Positions 28,814 to 37,876 of a stretch of DNA of 64,000 bases are shown in pieces. The translations under genes were made by a program, and so were the position numbers. The notes beneath the pieces were generated by a model that was not told the origin of the DNA, did no database searches, and saw only the letters and a list, made by a program, of their open reading frames with translations. Origin of the DNA: Gemmatimonadota bacterium (GTDB lineage: Bacteria; Gemmatimonadota; Gemmatimonadetes; Longimicrobiales; RSA9); the NCBI GenBank assembly GCA_040882575.1, contig JBBEBA010000077.1, positions 3,426-67,425 on the forward strand, in the 5' to 3' direction. Every line of letters begins with the position of its first letter. Position 1 is the stretch's first letter.

Positions 28814-30001
28814 TCAGGGCGCGAACTCTTCCAGGGCCGAGGCCAGGATCTCGATCTCACGGCGCGTATTGTAGTAGTGCGGCGAGATCCGCAGCACGCT
28901 GGTCGCGCGCTTCCCATCCAGGTCCAGCACGGCCTGCGTGCGGCCGAGCGAGCTGGTGTTGATCGCCTGGTCGCGCAGTGACCGCACGATGTCTGCGGCC
29001 GCGTGGCCGGCGACCTCGACGGTCACTATGGCGGCCAGCGCCCCACCCCGGTCGAGCACTCGCGCGCCGGGCAGCGCGCCGACCAGGGACCGGGCGTACG
29101 CGGCGAGGCCGGCGGCATACGCACCGGCTTCGGCCACACCGACGGCGCGTGCGTATTTCGCGGCCGCACCCATTCCAAGCACCAGGGCGTAGGCGAACTC
29201 CCAGTTCTCGAACCGCCGCGCAGAATCTGCCAGCGCGTACCGATCCGCATCGATCCAGTCGGCACCGCGCATGTCGATCAGCAGCGGCGCGCGCTGCTGC
29301 GCGAGCATCGCGTCGGAGACGACCATGAAGCCGACGCCGCGCGGGCCCCGCAGGAACTTGCGGGCGGTGCCCGTGAGGAAGTCGCAGTGGAGCGCGGCGA
29401 AGTCGATTTCGAGCTGGCCGGCGGCCTGGCAGGCATCGACGATGTACGGCACCTGCGCGTCCGCGCAGAGCTCACCGATCTCGGCGACGGGCTGGATCAG
29501 GCCGGAGCTGGTCGGCACCCACGTCACTGCGACGAGCTTCGGTCGCCGTTCGCGCAGCAGGCGACGAACCGAGTCCGGGTCCGCGCCGCCCTCGGCGAGG
29601 TCGGCGGCGCGCACGACCTCGACGCCGTGCCGTGCGGCGAGCGACAGGTACATGAGCTGGTTCGACGCATAGTCGTTGCGCGTGGTCAGGATCGCGTCGC
29701 CCCGCTCGAAGTCGAACGCGGACAGCGCCTGCGCGAACGCGACCGTCGCATTCTCGACCACTGCGACGTTGCGGGCGGCGGTGCAGAACAGCCGGGCGAG
29801 GTGCTCGTATGCGCCTTCGATGTCCGGCCGCGCCGCGTCGGCAGCCTCGTATCCGCCCAGGTGGGCCTCCAGATCGAGGTGACTGCGCACCGCGGCGAGG
29901 ACCGGCTGCGGCATGAGCGACGCGCCGGCATTGTTCAGGTGGATCCGGCCGGCCAGGGCGGCGGCCGTGTCGTTCCGCCAGGGTGTCGGGTCGAAGGGCA
30001 T
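28814..30001 (-). CDS. Class V aminotransferase-fold PLP enzyme (cysteine desulfurase/epimerase-like)
   Basis: Internal ATG at 30001 gives MPFDPTPW...IHLNNAGASLMPQPVL...VDACQAAGQL...GTARKFLRGPRG. Substrate specificity cannot be assigned. Confidence 0.8.
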   Translation of the reverse strand: MPFDPTPWRNDTAAALAGRIHLNNAGASLMPQPVLAAVRSHLDLEAHLGGYEAADAARPDIEGAYEHLARLFCTAARNVAVVENATVAFAQALSAFDFERGDAILTTRNDYASNQLMYLSLAARHGVEVVRAADLAEGGADPDSVRRLLRERRPKLVAVTWVPTSSGLIQPVAEIGELCADAQVPYIVDACQAAGQLEIDFAALHCDFLTGTARKFLRGPRGVGFMVVSDAMLAQQRAPLLIDMRGADWIDADRYALADSARRFENWEFAYALVLGMGAAAKYARAVGVAEAGAYAAGLAAYARSLVGALPGARVLDRGGALAAIVTVEVAGHAAADIVRSLRDQAINTSSLGRTQAVLDLDGKRATSVLRISPHYYNTRREIEILASALEEFAP

Positions 30002-30020
30002 GGCGCAAGATCGGCCGGCG

Positions 30021-30049
30021 TTGACAGTCCGGCAACCGCGGGCTAGCTT
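30021..30049 (+). promoter_or_regulatory. Candidate sigma70-type promoter of the his operon
   Basis: TTGACA (30021-26), 17-nt spacer, TAGCTT (30044-49). The ATG of the candidate leader peptide lies 8 nt after the -10, which is leaderless geometry. Confidence 0.45.
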
Positions 30050-30056
30050 GCTGCGC

Positions 30057-30128
30057 ATGAAGAGCATCGGGTCGAGCCGCCATCATGTCAGCCATCACGA
30101 CCGGACCGGTCGCGAGGGAGGCGTGTAG
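30057..30128 (+). CDS. Candidate his-operon leader peptide (23 aa, MKSIGSSRHHVSHHDRTGREGGV)
   Basis: Short ORF (3' part of track ORF 29913..30128) with 4 His codons within 6 codons. It sits between a promoter-like site and a terminator hairpin directly upstream of hisG. Confidence 0.4.
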   Translation: MKSIGSSRHHVSHHDRTGREGGV

Positions 30129-30159
30129 CGCTCGACGTATCTGCGCTTCGCAATGTCAC

Positions 30160-30194
30160 CGCGGCCTGTCTACATTGACGGGCCGCGTTTTTTT
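30160..30194 (+). terminator. Intrinsic terminator/attenuator hairpin upstream of hisG
   Basis: CGCGGCC (30160-66), 14-nt loop, GGCCGCG (30181-87), then TTTTTTT (30188-94). It lies 34 nt before the hisG ATG. Confidence 0.6.
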
Positions 30195-30227
30195 GTGCTC
30201 AGCCATGACCAGGGACGGAATACCTGA

Positions 30228-31088
30228 ATGATCCGCATAGCGTTGCCGAACAAGGGCCGCCTCGCCGAGGGGGCGCGCGAGCTGCTGGAGCTCGCCGGGC
30301 TGGAGTTCGAGATGCGCGAGCGCGCGCTGCAGGCGTCGCTCGGCCCCGACTTCACGGCGCTGTTCGTGAACGCGCGCGACATCCCGGAGTTCGTCGCGGA
30401 TGGCGCGGCGGACCTGGGCATTACGGGCGGCGACCTGGTCGCGGAGAGCGGCCGGCCGGTGGACACGCTGCTGGACCTGGGCTTCGGCCGCTGCCGCCTG
30501 GCCGTGGCGGCGCGCGATGACAGCGGCATCGATGGCATCGACGACGTGCCCGGCGGGGCGCGCGTCGCCACGGTGTTCCCGAACCTGACGCGCCAGTACT
30601 TCGAGCGGATCGGCCGCGACATCATGATCGTGCCGATCTCCGGCGCCGCCGAGATCGCCCCGCACCTGGGTGTCGCCGACATCATCGTGGATCTCGTGTC
30701 GACCGGCTCCACGCTGAAGGTGAACGGGCTGGTCGAGGTCGCGCAGGTGTTCGAGTCCGCCGCGCTTCTGATCGGGCGCCGGGGTCTGAGCGACGACGCG
30801 ACGCACGCGCGCCACGTGCGCGAGCTGGTCGGCGCGCTCGAATCCGTGCTCCGTGCACAGAACAAGCGCTACCTCATGGCCAACGTGCCGAAGAGCATAC
30901 TGCCCACGCTGCGCACGATACTGCCGGGCATCAACGGCCCGACGATCATCGATGTGATGGATGGCGGCGAGTTCGTCGCCGCACACGCGGTAGTCGAGCA
31001 GAGCGAGGTCTATCGCACGATCGCGGCGCTGAAGGACATCGGCGCGCAGGGCATTCTCGTCACGCGGATCGAGAGGTTGATGCCGTGA
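30228..31088 (+). CDS. hisG: ATP phosphoribosyltransferase (long form)
   Basis: MIRIALPNKGRLAEGARELL...DIPEFVADGAADLGITG.DLV...LVSTGSTLK, plus the C-terminal regulatory domain. Confidence 0.93.
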   Translation: MIRIALPNKGRLAEGARELLELAGLEFEMRERALQASLGPDFTALFVNARDIPEFVADGAADLGITGGDLVAESGRPVDTLLDLGFGRCRLAVAARDDSGIDGIDDVPGGARVATVFPNLTRQYFERIGRDIMIVPISGAAEIAPHLGVADIIVDLVSTGSTLKVNGLVEVAQVFESAALLIGRRGLSDDATHARHVRELVGALESVLRAQNKRYLMANVPKSILPTLRTILPGINGPTIIDVMDGGEFVAAHAVVEQSEVYRTIAALKDIGAQGILVTRIERLMP

Positions 31089-33538
31089 CAGCGGGAACGG
31101 GGGAGCGGGTGAGCGGGGGAGCGGGACGGCCGGGCGCGGTAGCGGCGGCGGGCTTCGCGGTGGTGGGCGCCGTGGGGGCGCTGGGGGAGGGGGAACGGGC
31201 GCGGCTGTTCGACCGGGGGCGAGCGACGGATCCGGGGGTCGAGCGGGATGTGCGTGCGATCATCGGAGAGGTGAGGGGGCGGGGGGACGAGGCGCTGCGC
31301 GAGATGGCGCTCCGCTTCGACGGTGCACGGCTCGACGCCCTCGAGGTGCCGCGCGCGGCGTGGGAGCAGGCGCTCGCCGAACTGGATCCGACGGTGCGTG
31401 CCGCGCTCGAGCGCGCGGCGGCGAACATTGCTGCGTTCCACACGGCGCAGCTGCCGGAGACGCTCGAGGTCGAGACTGAGCCGGGCGTGCGGCTCGGCCG
31501 GCGCGCGGAGCCGCTGCGGCGCGTCGGCGTGTACGCGCCGGGTGGCCGCGCGGCGTACCCGAGCAGCGTGCTGATGGGCGTGGTGCCGGCGAAGGTCGCG
31601 CGCGTGGGTGAGGTGATCGTGTGCTCGCCGGCCGGGCCGGATGGCGCGCCGCCCGCGACGGTGCTGGCCGCGTGCGCGCTCGCGGGCGCGGACCGCGTCT
31701 TCGCGATCGGCGGTGCTGGTGCGATCGCAGCGCTCGCGCTCGGCACTGCCAGTGTGCCGCGTGTGGACAAGGTCGTCGGGCCGGGCAACGCGTACGTGAC
31801 GGAGGCGAAGCGTCAGCTCACCGGCGTCGTCGCGATCGATTCGCCTGCTGGCCCGTCGGAAGTGCTCGTCATCGCCGATGACACCGCGGACGCGACGCTC
31901 GTCGCGGTGGAGCTGCTCGCGCAGGCGGAGCACGACCCCGACGCGGCAGCCGTGCTGGTGACCACGAGCGTGGCGCTGTGCGATGCCGTCGCGGCGGAAG
32001 TCGCGCGGCTGCTGCCGGACCAGCCGCGCGCCGAGATCATCGCGAGCGCACTCGCCGAGCGCGGGGCGCTGCTGACGGTGGACACTCTCGAAGAGGCCGC
32101 GGAGTTCGCCGAAGCGTACGCGCCCGAGCACCTGCTGGTCATGACGCGCGAGCCGCGCGCGCTGCTGCCGTCGCTGCGCGGCGCCGGCACGATCTTCCTC
32201 GGCGCGCCGAGCTCCGTCGCGTTCGGCGACTACATGACTGGTGCGAACCACGTGCTCCCGACAGCGGGCCTCGCCAGGGCGTATGCCGGTCTGTCCACGT
32301 TCGATTTCGTCCGCTGGACGACGTACCAGGAGCTGACACCGGCGGCGGCGGCCGCGATGTCCGGGGCGACCGCGGTGCTCGCGGACGCGGAGGGCCTGCC
32401 GGCGCACGCATTCGCCGCGCGGCTGCGCGCGGACGCAGCGGGTGCGAGTGCCGACACCGCGAACGTGAACGACGACATCGCAGCATCGACGTGGAATCGC
32501 GTGCGGACGCGTGCGGCGTACGCCACGCTGGCGCCCTACGACCCCGGCCGCACGCCATGCGAGACGGACCTGAGCGACAACACGAACCTGTTCGGGCCGT
32601 CGCCATCGGTGCGAGGTGCGCTGCGCAGCGCGGCGGGCTCGCTGATCACGCGGTACCCGAGCGTGTACGCGACCGAGCTGAAGCGCGCACTCGCGTCGCT
32701 GCTCGACGTCGCGCCCGAGAACATCACGACCGGCTGCGGCTCGGACGATCTGATCGACTCGGCGGTGCGCGCGTTCGCCGAGCCGGGCGATGCTGTCGCG
32801 TATCCGGACCCGACGTTCGGCATGGTACCGATCTTCGCGCGCATGAACGCGACGCGGCCGGTGCCGGTGCCGCTGCGGCCGGACCTGGGACTCGATGCGG
32901 ACGCGCTGGTCGGCGCGCGCGCGCGCATCACGTACCTGTGTCGGCCGAACAATCCGACGGGCACGAGCTTCGACCGCGCCGCGACGGAGCAGGTATGCCG
33001 CGAGGCGGCAGGGCTCGTGCTGCTGGACGAGGCGTATGCGGACTTCGCCGGCGACGACCTGGTGCAGTTCGCCGTCGCATCGGAGCGCGCCGTGGTGCTG
33101 CGCACCCTGTCGAAGGCCTACGGCATGGCCGGGCTCCGGATCGGATTCGCCGTGGGACCCGTGCCGCTGATCGCGGAGATCGAGAAGTCGCGCGGGCCGT
33201 ACAAGGTCAGTGGCGTCGCGGAGGCCGCTGCGCTGCAGGTGCTGGCGTCGGACATGGACTGGGTCCGCGCGCGGGTGGCGGACGTGCGCGAGGCGCGGTC
33301 GCTGCTGCTCGAGCAGCTGAGGCAGCGCGGTGTGGAAGCCGTGGATTCTGCGGCGAACTTCGTGCTGCTGCGGGTCGATGATGCCGCCGCCTGGAACCGC
33401 GCGCTGCGCTCGCGCGGCGTCGCCGTCCGGCCGTTCCCCGCCCTGCCCCGGCTCGGCGAGTGCCTGCGCGTGAGTGTCGGGCCGTGGCCGCAGCTGGAAC
33501 GATTTCTCAATGCCTTCGATGAGGTACGCAACCGATGA
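31085..33538 (+). CDS. hisD-hisC: Fused histidinol dehydrogenase (N-terminal) and histidinol-phosphate aminotransferase (C-terminal)
   Basis: Single 817-aa ORF. HisD blocks: VGVYAPGGRAAYPSSVLM...AQAEHDPDAA...APEHL...GDYMTGANHVLPT. A ~40-aa Ala-rich linker follows. HisC blocks: DLSDNTNLFGPSP...YPDPTFGMV...RPNNPTGT...LLDEAYADF...RTLSKAYGMAGLRIG. GTG start overlaps the hisG stop. Confidence 0.88.
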   Translation: MTAGTGERVSGGAGRPGAVAAAGFAVVGAVGALGEGERARLFDRGRATDPGVERDVRAIIGEVRGRGDEALREMALRFDGARLDALEVPRAAWEQALAELDPTVRAALERAAANIAAFHTAQLPETLEVETEPGVRLGRRAEPLRRVGVYAPGGRAAYPSSVLMGVVPAKVARVGEVIVCSPAGPDGAPPATVLAACALAGADRVFAIGGAGAIAALALGTASVPRVDKVVGPGNAYVTEAKRQLTGVVAIDSPAGPSEVLVIADDTADATLVAVELLAQAEHDPDAAAVLVTTSVALCDAVAAEVARLLPDQPRAEIIASALAERGALLTVDTLEEAAEFAEAYAPEHLLVMTREPRALLPSLRGAGTIFLGAPSSVAFGDYMTGANHVLPTAGLARAYAGLSTFDFVRWTTYQELTPAAAAAMSGATAVLADAEGLPAHAFAARLRADAAGASADTANVNDDIAASTWNRVRTRAAYATLAPYDPGRTPCETDLSDNTNLFGPSPSVRGALRSAAGSLITRYPSVYATELKRALASLLDVAPENITTGCGSDDLIDSAVRAFAEPGDAVAYPDPTFGMVPIFARMNATRPVPVPLRPDLGLDADALVGARARITYLCRPNNPTGTSFDRAATEQVCREAAGLVLLDEAYADFAGDDLVQFAVASERAVVLRTLSKAYGMAGLRIGFAVGPVPLIAEIEKSRGPYKVSGVAEAAALQVLASDMDWVRARVADVREARSLLLEQLRQRGVEAVDSAANFVLLRVDDAAAWNRALRSRGVAVRPFPALPRLGECLRVSVGPWPQLERFLNAFDEVRNR

Positions 33539-34131
33539 ACGTCGCATTGATCGACTACGGCACGGGCAACGTTCACTCGCTGACGAAGGCGCTGGAGACG
33601 GGCGGTGCGCGGGTGACCATCGAATCCGACATGACGCGCGTGCCGGGTGCGGACGCCATCGTGCTGCCCGGCGTCGGCGCATTCGGTGCTGCAGCGGCGC
33701 AGCTCACCCCGGCGAGCGCCGCACTGCACACCGCGATCTCGGCTGGCAAGCCGGTACTCGGCATCTGCCTGGGCATGCAGCTGCTGTTCGAGACGAGCGA
33801 GGAAGGAGCGGGACAGGGCCTGGCGGCGCTCGGCGGGCACGTGCGACGGCTGCACGGCAGGCGTCTGCCGCACATGGGCTGGAACGAGGTCGGCATGATG
33901 GATGACCCGCTCTTCGCGGGGCTCGACACGCTCGTGGCGTACTACGCCAACAGCTACATCGTCGAGCCGGCCGACGAGTCGGAGGTGATTGCGTGGTCGA
34001 AGTACGGGACCGAGACGTTCCCGGCCGCCGTACGACGCGACAACGTGTGGGGCGTGCAGTTCCACCCGGAGAAGAGTGGCGCGCCCGGACTGCGTCTGCT
34101 GCACAATTTCCTGGACCAGGTGCGTCGATGA
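33535..34131 (+). CDS. hisH: Imidazole glycerol phosphate synthase, glutaminase subunit
   Basis: MNVALIDYGTGNVHSL...LPGVGAFG...GICLGMQLLF...PHMGWN...FHPEKS. Confidence 0.93.
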   Translation: MNVALIDYGTGNVHSLTKALETGGARVTIESDMTRVPGADAIVLPGVGAFGAAAAQLTPASAALHTAISAGKPVLGICLGMQLLFETSEEGAGQGLAALGGHVRRLHGRRLPHMGWNEVGMMDDPLFAGLDTLVAYYANSYIVEPADESEVIAWSKYGTETFPAAVRRDNVWGVQFHPEKSGAPGLRLLHNFLDQVRR

Positions 34132-34844
34132 TCGCATACGCCGCGATCGACCTGCGCGGCGGCCGTGTCGTGCAACTGGTCGGCGGCAGGCCGGAGGACG
34201 AGCGCGTCAGTCTGCCGGACCCGGCCGCAACTGCCGTGGAATGGGTCGCGTGCGGCTTCGCTGCCCTGCACGTCGTGGATCTGGATGCTGCGCTCGGCAC
34301 CGGTGACAACACGGCCGCCGTGCAGGCCGTGCTGAAAGCTGCCGGCAATGTTCCCGTGCAGGTCGGCGGCGGCGTCCGCACTACTGAGCGTGCGGAGGCG
34401 CTGCTCGACGCCGGCGCCGCACGCGTGATCGCCGGCACCCGCGCTGTCGAGGACCCGGCATGGCTGGCCGAGCTCGCCGGCCGCTTCCCCGGCCGCGTCG
34501 TGGTTGCCGCAGATGTGCGGAACGATCAGGTTGTCGTCCGCGGCTGGACGGCGGACGCCGGCGTCCTGGCGGCCGACCTGCTGCGGCGGCTGGACGAGCT
34601 GCCGCTGGGCGGCGTACTGGTGACGGACGTCGCGCGCGAAGGCCGCATGCAGGGGGTGGACGCGGCAGCGTTCGGGCGGCTTGCCGGCGGCACCCGGCAT
34701 CCGCTGCTCGCGTCCGGCGGTGTCGGCAGCGCGAACGATCTGGTCGAGCTCGAGCGCGCCGGCGCGGCCGGCGTCGTGCTCGGCATGGCCCTCTATACCG
34801 GCGCGCTCGACGCGCGCGCGGTGGCAGGAGACTACGCACAATGA
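34128..34844 (+). CDS. hisA: ProFAR isomerase
   Basis: ATG at 34128 overlaps the hisH stop (ATGA). [20 protein letters not shown]...LHVVDLDAA...VQVGGGVR...[12 protein letters not shown]. Confidence 0.9.
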   Translation: MIAYAAIDLRGGRVVQLVGGRPEDERVSLPDPAATAVEWVACGFAALHVVDLDAALGTGDNTAAVQAVLKAAGNVPVQVGGGVRTTERAEALLDAGAARVIAGTRAVEDPAWLAELAGRFPGRVVVAADVRNDQVVVRGWTADAGVLAADLLRRLDELPLGGVLVTDVAREGRMQGVDAAAFGRLAGGTRHPLLASGGVGSANDLVELERAGAAGVVLGMALYTGALDARAVAGDYAQ

Positions 34845-35389
34845 GCACGATCCGCAGAGAAACGCGCGAGACCCGCATTCGCATTCTGCTCGAGGCGGGC
34901 TCCGACGCGGCGCCACAGGCGGCCACGGGCGAGCCATTCCTCGACCACATGCTGGTGACGCTCGCACGGTATGCAGGCCTGCGGCTGGAGGTCGAGGCGG
35001 CCGGAGATTTGCGACATCACCTCGTCGAGGACGTCGCCATCACGCTGGGCATGGCGCTCCGGCGCGAGATACCGGCGGCCTGCGTGCGGTACGGCGCGGC
35101 GACGGTGCCAATGGACGAAGCGCTCGTGGAAGCAGCACTCGATGTCGGCGGCCGCTTCTTCTACGAAGGGCCTCTGCCCTCCGCACTGTACGACCACTTC
35201 CTGCGTTCTTTCGCGGAGCACGCGGGCATGACGCTGCATGTACGGGTGCTGCGCGGCAGCGACAGGCATCATGTCGTCGAAGCCGCCGTGAAGGCGGTCG
35301 GTCTCGGCCTGCGTCAGGCGCTCGCACCGCAGGGCGCCGTGTTCAGCACGAAAGGCGGCATCGACGTGACGTGGGAGGAGGACCGCTAA
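34841..35389 (+). CDS. hisB: Imidazoleglycerol-phosphate dehydratase
   Basis: ATG at 34841 overlaps the hisA stop. RETRETRI...[17 protein letters not shown]...[16 protein letters not shown]...[13 protein letters not shown]. Confidence 0.9.
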   Translation: MSTIRRETRETRIRILLEAGSDAAPQAATGEPFLDHMLVTLARYAGLRLEVEAAGDLRHHLVEDVAITLGMALRREIPAACVRYGAATVPMDEALVEAALDVGGRFFYEGPLPSALYDHFLRSFAEHAGMTLHVRVLRGSDRHHVVEAAVKAVGLGLRQALAPQGAVFSTKGGIDVTWEEDR

Positions 35390-36234
35390 TGCTGCGCAAA
35401 CGCGTCGTCGTCTGCCTCGACGTCCGCGATGGCCGCGTCGTGAAGGGCGTCAGCTTCGAGAGTCTGCAGGACATGGGCGATCCCGTCCAGCTGGCGCAGC
35501 GGTATGAGGCGGAGGGTGCTGACGAAGTCGTGTTCCTCGACATCTCGGCGTCCGCCGAAGGCCGTCGCACACTGCTCGATGCGGTGCGCAGCACGGCCGA
35601 GAGGCTGTTCATCCCGCTCACTGTCGGCGGCGGCATCAACGACGTCTCGGACATCGCGCTCGCGCTGCGCGCGGGTGCCGACAAGGTGAGCATCAACACG
35701 GCGGCAGTGACGCGACCCGAGCTGATCACGGAAGCAGCGCAGCGGTTCGGCAGCCAGTGCGTGGTCGCGAGCATCGATGCGCGGCTCGAGCGCCGGCAGA
35801 TCGAGCTGATCGCGCACTCCGATGGCCCGTCCGGCCCGCCTGGCGCGGCCGCACCCTCGACGTGGTTCCGCGTGTTCACGCACGGCGGTCGCAACGCGAC
35901 GGACCTGGACGCGGTGGAGTGGGCGCGCAAGTGTGCAGACCTGGGTGCCGGCGAGATCCTCATCACGAGCATCGACCAGGACGGCAGACGGGCCGGCTAC
36001 GACCTCGAACTGACCGCCCGCGTGGCGGAAGCGGTCGGTGTGCCGGTAATCGCGAGTGGCGGCGCCGGCACCGCCGAACACGTGCGCGATGCGTTCCTGC
36101 TGGCCGGCGCCGACGCCGCACTGCTCGCCGGCATCCTGCACGACGGCACCACCACCGTAGGCGCGCTCAAGGCGTTCCTCGCAAGTGCCGGCGTGTCCGT
36201 TCGCGGTGGCCCGCTCGAGATGCCCCGGCCGTGA
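35389..36234 (+). CDS. hisF: Imidazole glycerol phosphate synthase, cyclase subunit
   Basis: ATG at 35389 overlaps the his[24 protein letters not shown]...[12 protein letters not shown]...IPLTVGGGI...[15 protein letters not shown]...VIASGGAG. Contains a ~20-aa Pro/Gly-rich insertion ([15 protein letters not shown]). Confidence 0.92.
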   Translation: MLRKRVVVCLDVRDGRVVKGVSFESLQDMGDPVQLAQRYEAEGADEVVFLDISASAEGRRTLLDAVRSTAERLFIPLTVGGGINDVSDIALALRAGADKVSINTAAVTRPELITEAAQRFGSQCVVASIDARLERRQIELIAHSDGPSGPPGAAAPSTWFRVFTHGGRNATDLDAVEWARKCADLGAGEILITSIDQDGRRAGYDLELTARVAEAVGVPVIASGGAGTAEHVRDAFLLAGADAALLAGILHDGTTTVGALKAFLASAGVSVRGGPLEMPRP

Positions 36235-37010
36235 CGCGCTCCGAGCTTCGCGACGATCTCGATTTTGCGGTCGAGGTCGCCTGGCGTGCCGGCCGCGCCT
36301 CCCTCGCCCACTATCAGACCGGCATTTCTGCGGAGGCCAAGCCGGACGAGTCACCGGTCACCGCTGCCGACCGCGCTGCCGAAGACATTGCGCGCCAGCT
36401 CATCGAGGCACGCTGCCCGGCCGACGCTATCCTGGGCGAGGAGGCGGGCGAAACGCGGGCGGGCGCGGACCGCCGGTGGATCCTCGACCCGATCGATGGC
36501 ACGCGCACCTTCATTCGCGGCGTACCGTTTTTCGGCGTACTGGTCGCGCTCGAGATCGCCGACGACGCGATGCTAGGCGTCATGCACTTCCCCGCGCTGG
36601 ATGAGACGGTGTGCGCGGCGCGCGGCCTCGGCTGCTGGTGGAACGGCCGCCGCGCGCTGGTCTCCGACCGCACCCGGCTCGACGATGCGCTGATCCTCAC
36701 CACCGACGTCGAAAGCATCGAGCGACTGAACCGCGGCGACGGCTGGGACCGCCTGCGCGCGCGCGCCGGCCTGTGCCGCACGTGGGGCGATTGCTACGGC
36801 TACGCGCTCGTCGCGACCGGACGCGCGGAGGCCATGCTGGATGCGCAGCTCTCGATCTGGGACGCGGCCGCGCTCGCGCCCATCATCGACGAGGCCGGCG
36901 GCGTCTTCACCGACTGGGACGGCGGCGGCGGCCACGACGTCGGCAGCGCAGTCGCTACCAACACGGCGCTCGCCCGCGAGATCCGTGGCCTGCTGAAGGG
37001 TACTGCATGA
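36231..37010 (+). CDS. hisN: IMPase-family histidinol-phosphate phosphatase
   Basis: GTG at 36231 overlaps the hisF stop. [16 protein letters not shown] and WDAAALAPI motifs of the inositol monophosphatase fold. Its position inside the his operon supports the HisN role. Confidence 0.75.
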   Translation: MTRSELRDDLDFAVEVAWRAGRASLAHYQTGISAEAKPDESPVTAADRAAEDIARQLIEARCPADAILGEEAGETRAGADRRWILDPIDGTRTFIRGVPFFGVLVALEIADDAMLGVMHFPALDETVCAARGLGCWWNGRRALVSDRTRLDDALILTTDVESIERLNRGDGWDRLRARAGLCRTWGDCYGYALVATGRAEAMLDAQLSIWDAAALAPIIDEAGGVFTDWDGGGGHDVGSAVATNTALAREIRGLLKGTA

Positions 37011-37660
37011 TCATCGCCGGAGCGACGCAGCTGGACCGGCTCGACTTCGACAAGCGCGACGGGCTGCTGCCGGTCGTGACGCAGCACGCGCATACGGGCG
37101 AAGTGCTGATGCTGGCCTACGCCAGCCGCAATGCACTCGAGCGCACGCTGGCGGACGGCGTGATGTGGTATTACTCGCGCAGCCGCGACGAGCTGTGGCG
37201 GAAGGGCGACACGAGCGGCAACATTCAGCGGCTCGTGTCCCTGCACGGCGACTGCGATGGTGATGCCGTCGTCGCGCGCGTGCTGCCGACCGGTCCGTCC
37301 TGCCACACCGGCGACTGGAGCTGCTTCGATGCAGCGCCGACACTCCCGGGCCTCGACGCTGTCGTCGCGGCGCGCGCAGCGGCGCCCGCGGCTGGCAGCT
37401 ACACGAAGCGGCTGCTCGATGATTCGAATCTTCGCCTCAAGAAGCTGGGCGAGGAGGCCGTCGAGCTGGCCCTGGCGTGTGAGCGGGGCGACACCCGACG
37501 CGTCGCGGAGGAAGCGGCCGACCTGCTGTACCATGCGCTCGTCGCATGCAGGGCGGCCGGTGTGTCGCTCGATGATGTGCTGGCGGAGCTCGCCGCGCGG
37601 CGGAAGGTCAGCGCTGCGGACGTCGCTGCAGCAGCAGGCGGTACAGCACCAGCAGGATGA
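37007..37660 (+). CDS. hisIE: Bifunctional phosphoribosyl-AMP cyclohydrolase / phosphoribosyl-ATP pyrophosphatase
   Basis: ATG at 37007 overlaps the hisN stop. GLLPVVTQHAHTGEVLMLAY...DCDGDAVVARV..GPSCHTG..SCF (HisI), then YTKRLLDD...KKLGEEAVE...EAADLLYHALV (HisE). Confidence 0.9.
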   Translation: MIIAGATQLDRLDFDKRDGLLPVVTQHAHTGEVLMLAYASRNALERTLADGVMWYYSRSRDELWRKGDTSGNIQRLVSLHGDCDGDAVVARVLPTGPSCHTGDWSCFDAAPTLPGLDAVVAARAAAPAAGSYTKRLLDDSNLRLKKLGEEAVELALACERGDTRRVAEEAADLLYHALVACRAAGVSLDDVLAELAARRKVSAADVAAAAGGTAPAG

Positions 37661-37874
37661 CCGCGCCCAGGATCGCGATGCCGAACGAGCGCACGTTGAA
37701 TCCCGTGACGGTACCGATGTCGAGCACGCGGTTGCCGACGTAGCCGCCAATCACCGCGCCGAGGATCCCGATCAGGATGGTGCCGATGCAGCCGCCGGGG
37801 TCCTTCCCTGGCATGATGAACTTGGCAATCGCGCCCGCGATCAGGCCGAACAGGATCCAGGAGAGGACGCCCAC
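37608..37874 (-). CDS. GlsB/YeaQ/YmgE-family small stress membrane protein
   Basis: MGVLSWILFGLIAGAIAKFIMPGKDPGGCIGTILIGILGAVIGGYVG. GTG start 3 nt after the MCP stop. Confidence 0.85.
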   Translation of the reverse strand: MGVLSWILFGLIAGAIAKFIMPGKDPGGCIGTILIGILGAVIGGYVGNRVLDIGTVTGFNVRSFGIAILGAVILLVLYRLLLQRRPQR

Positions 37875-37876
37875 CG

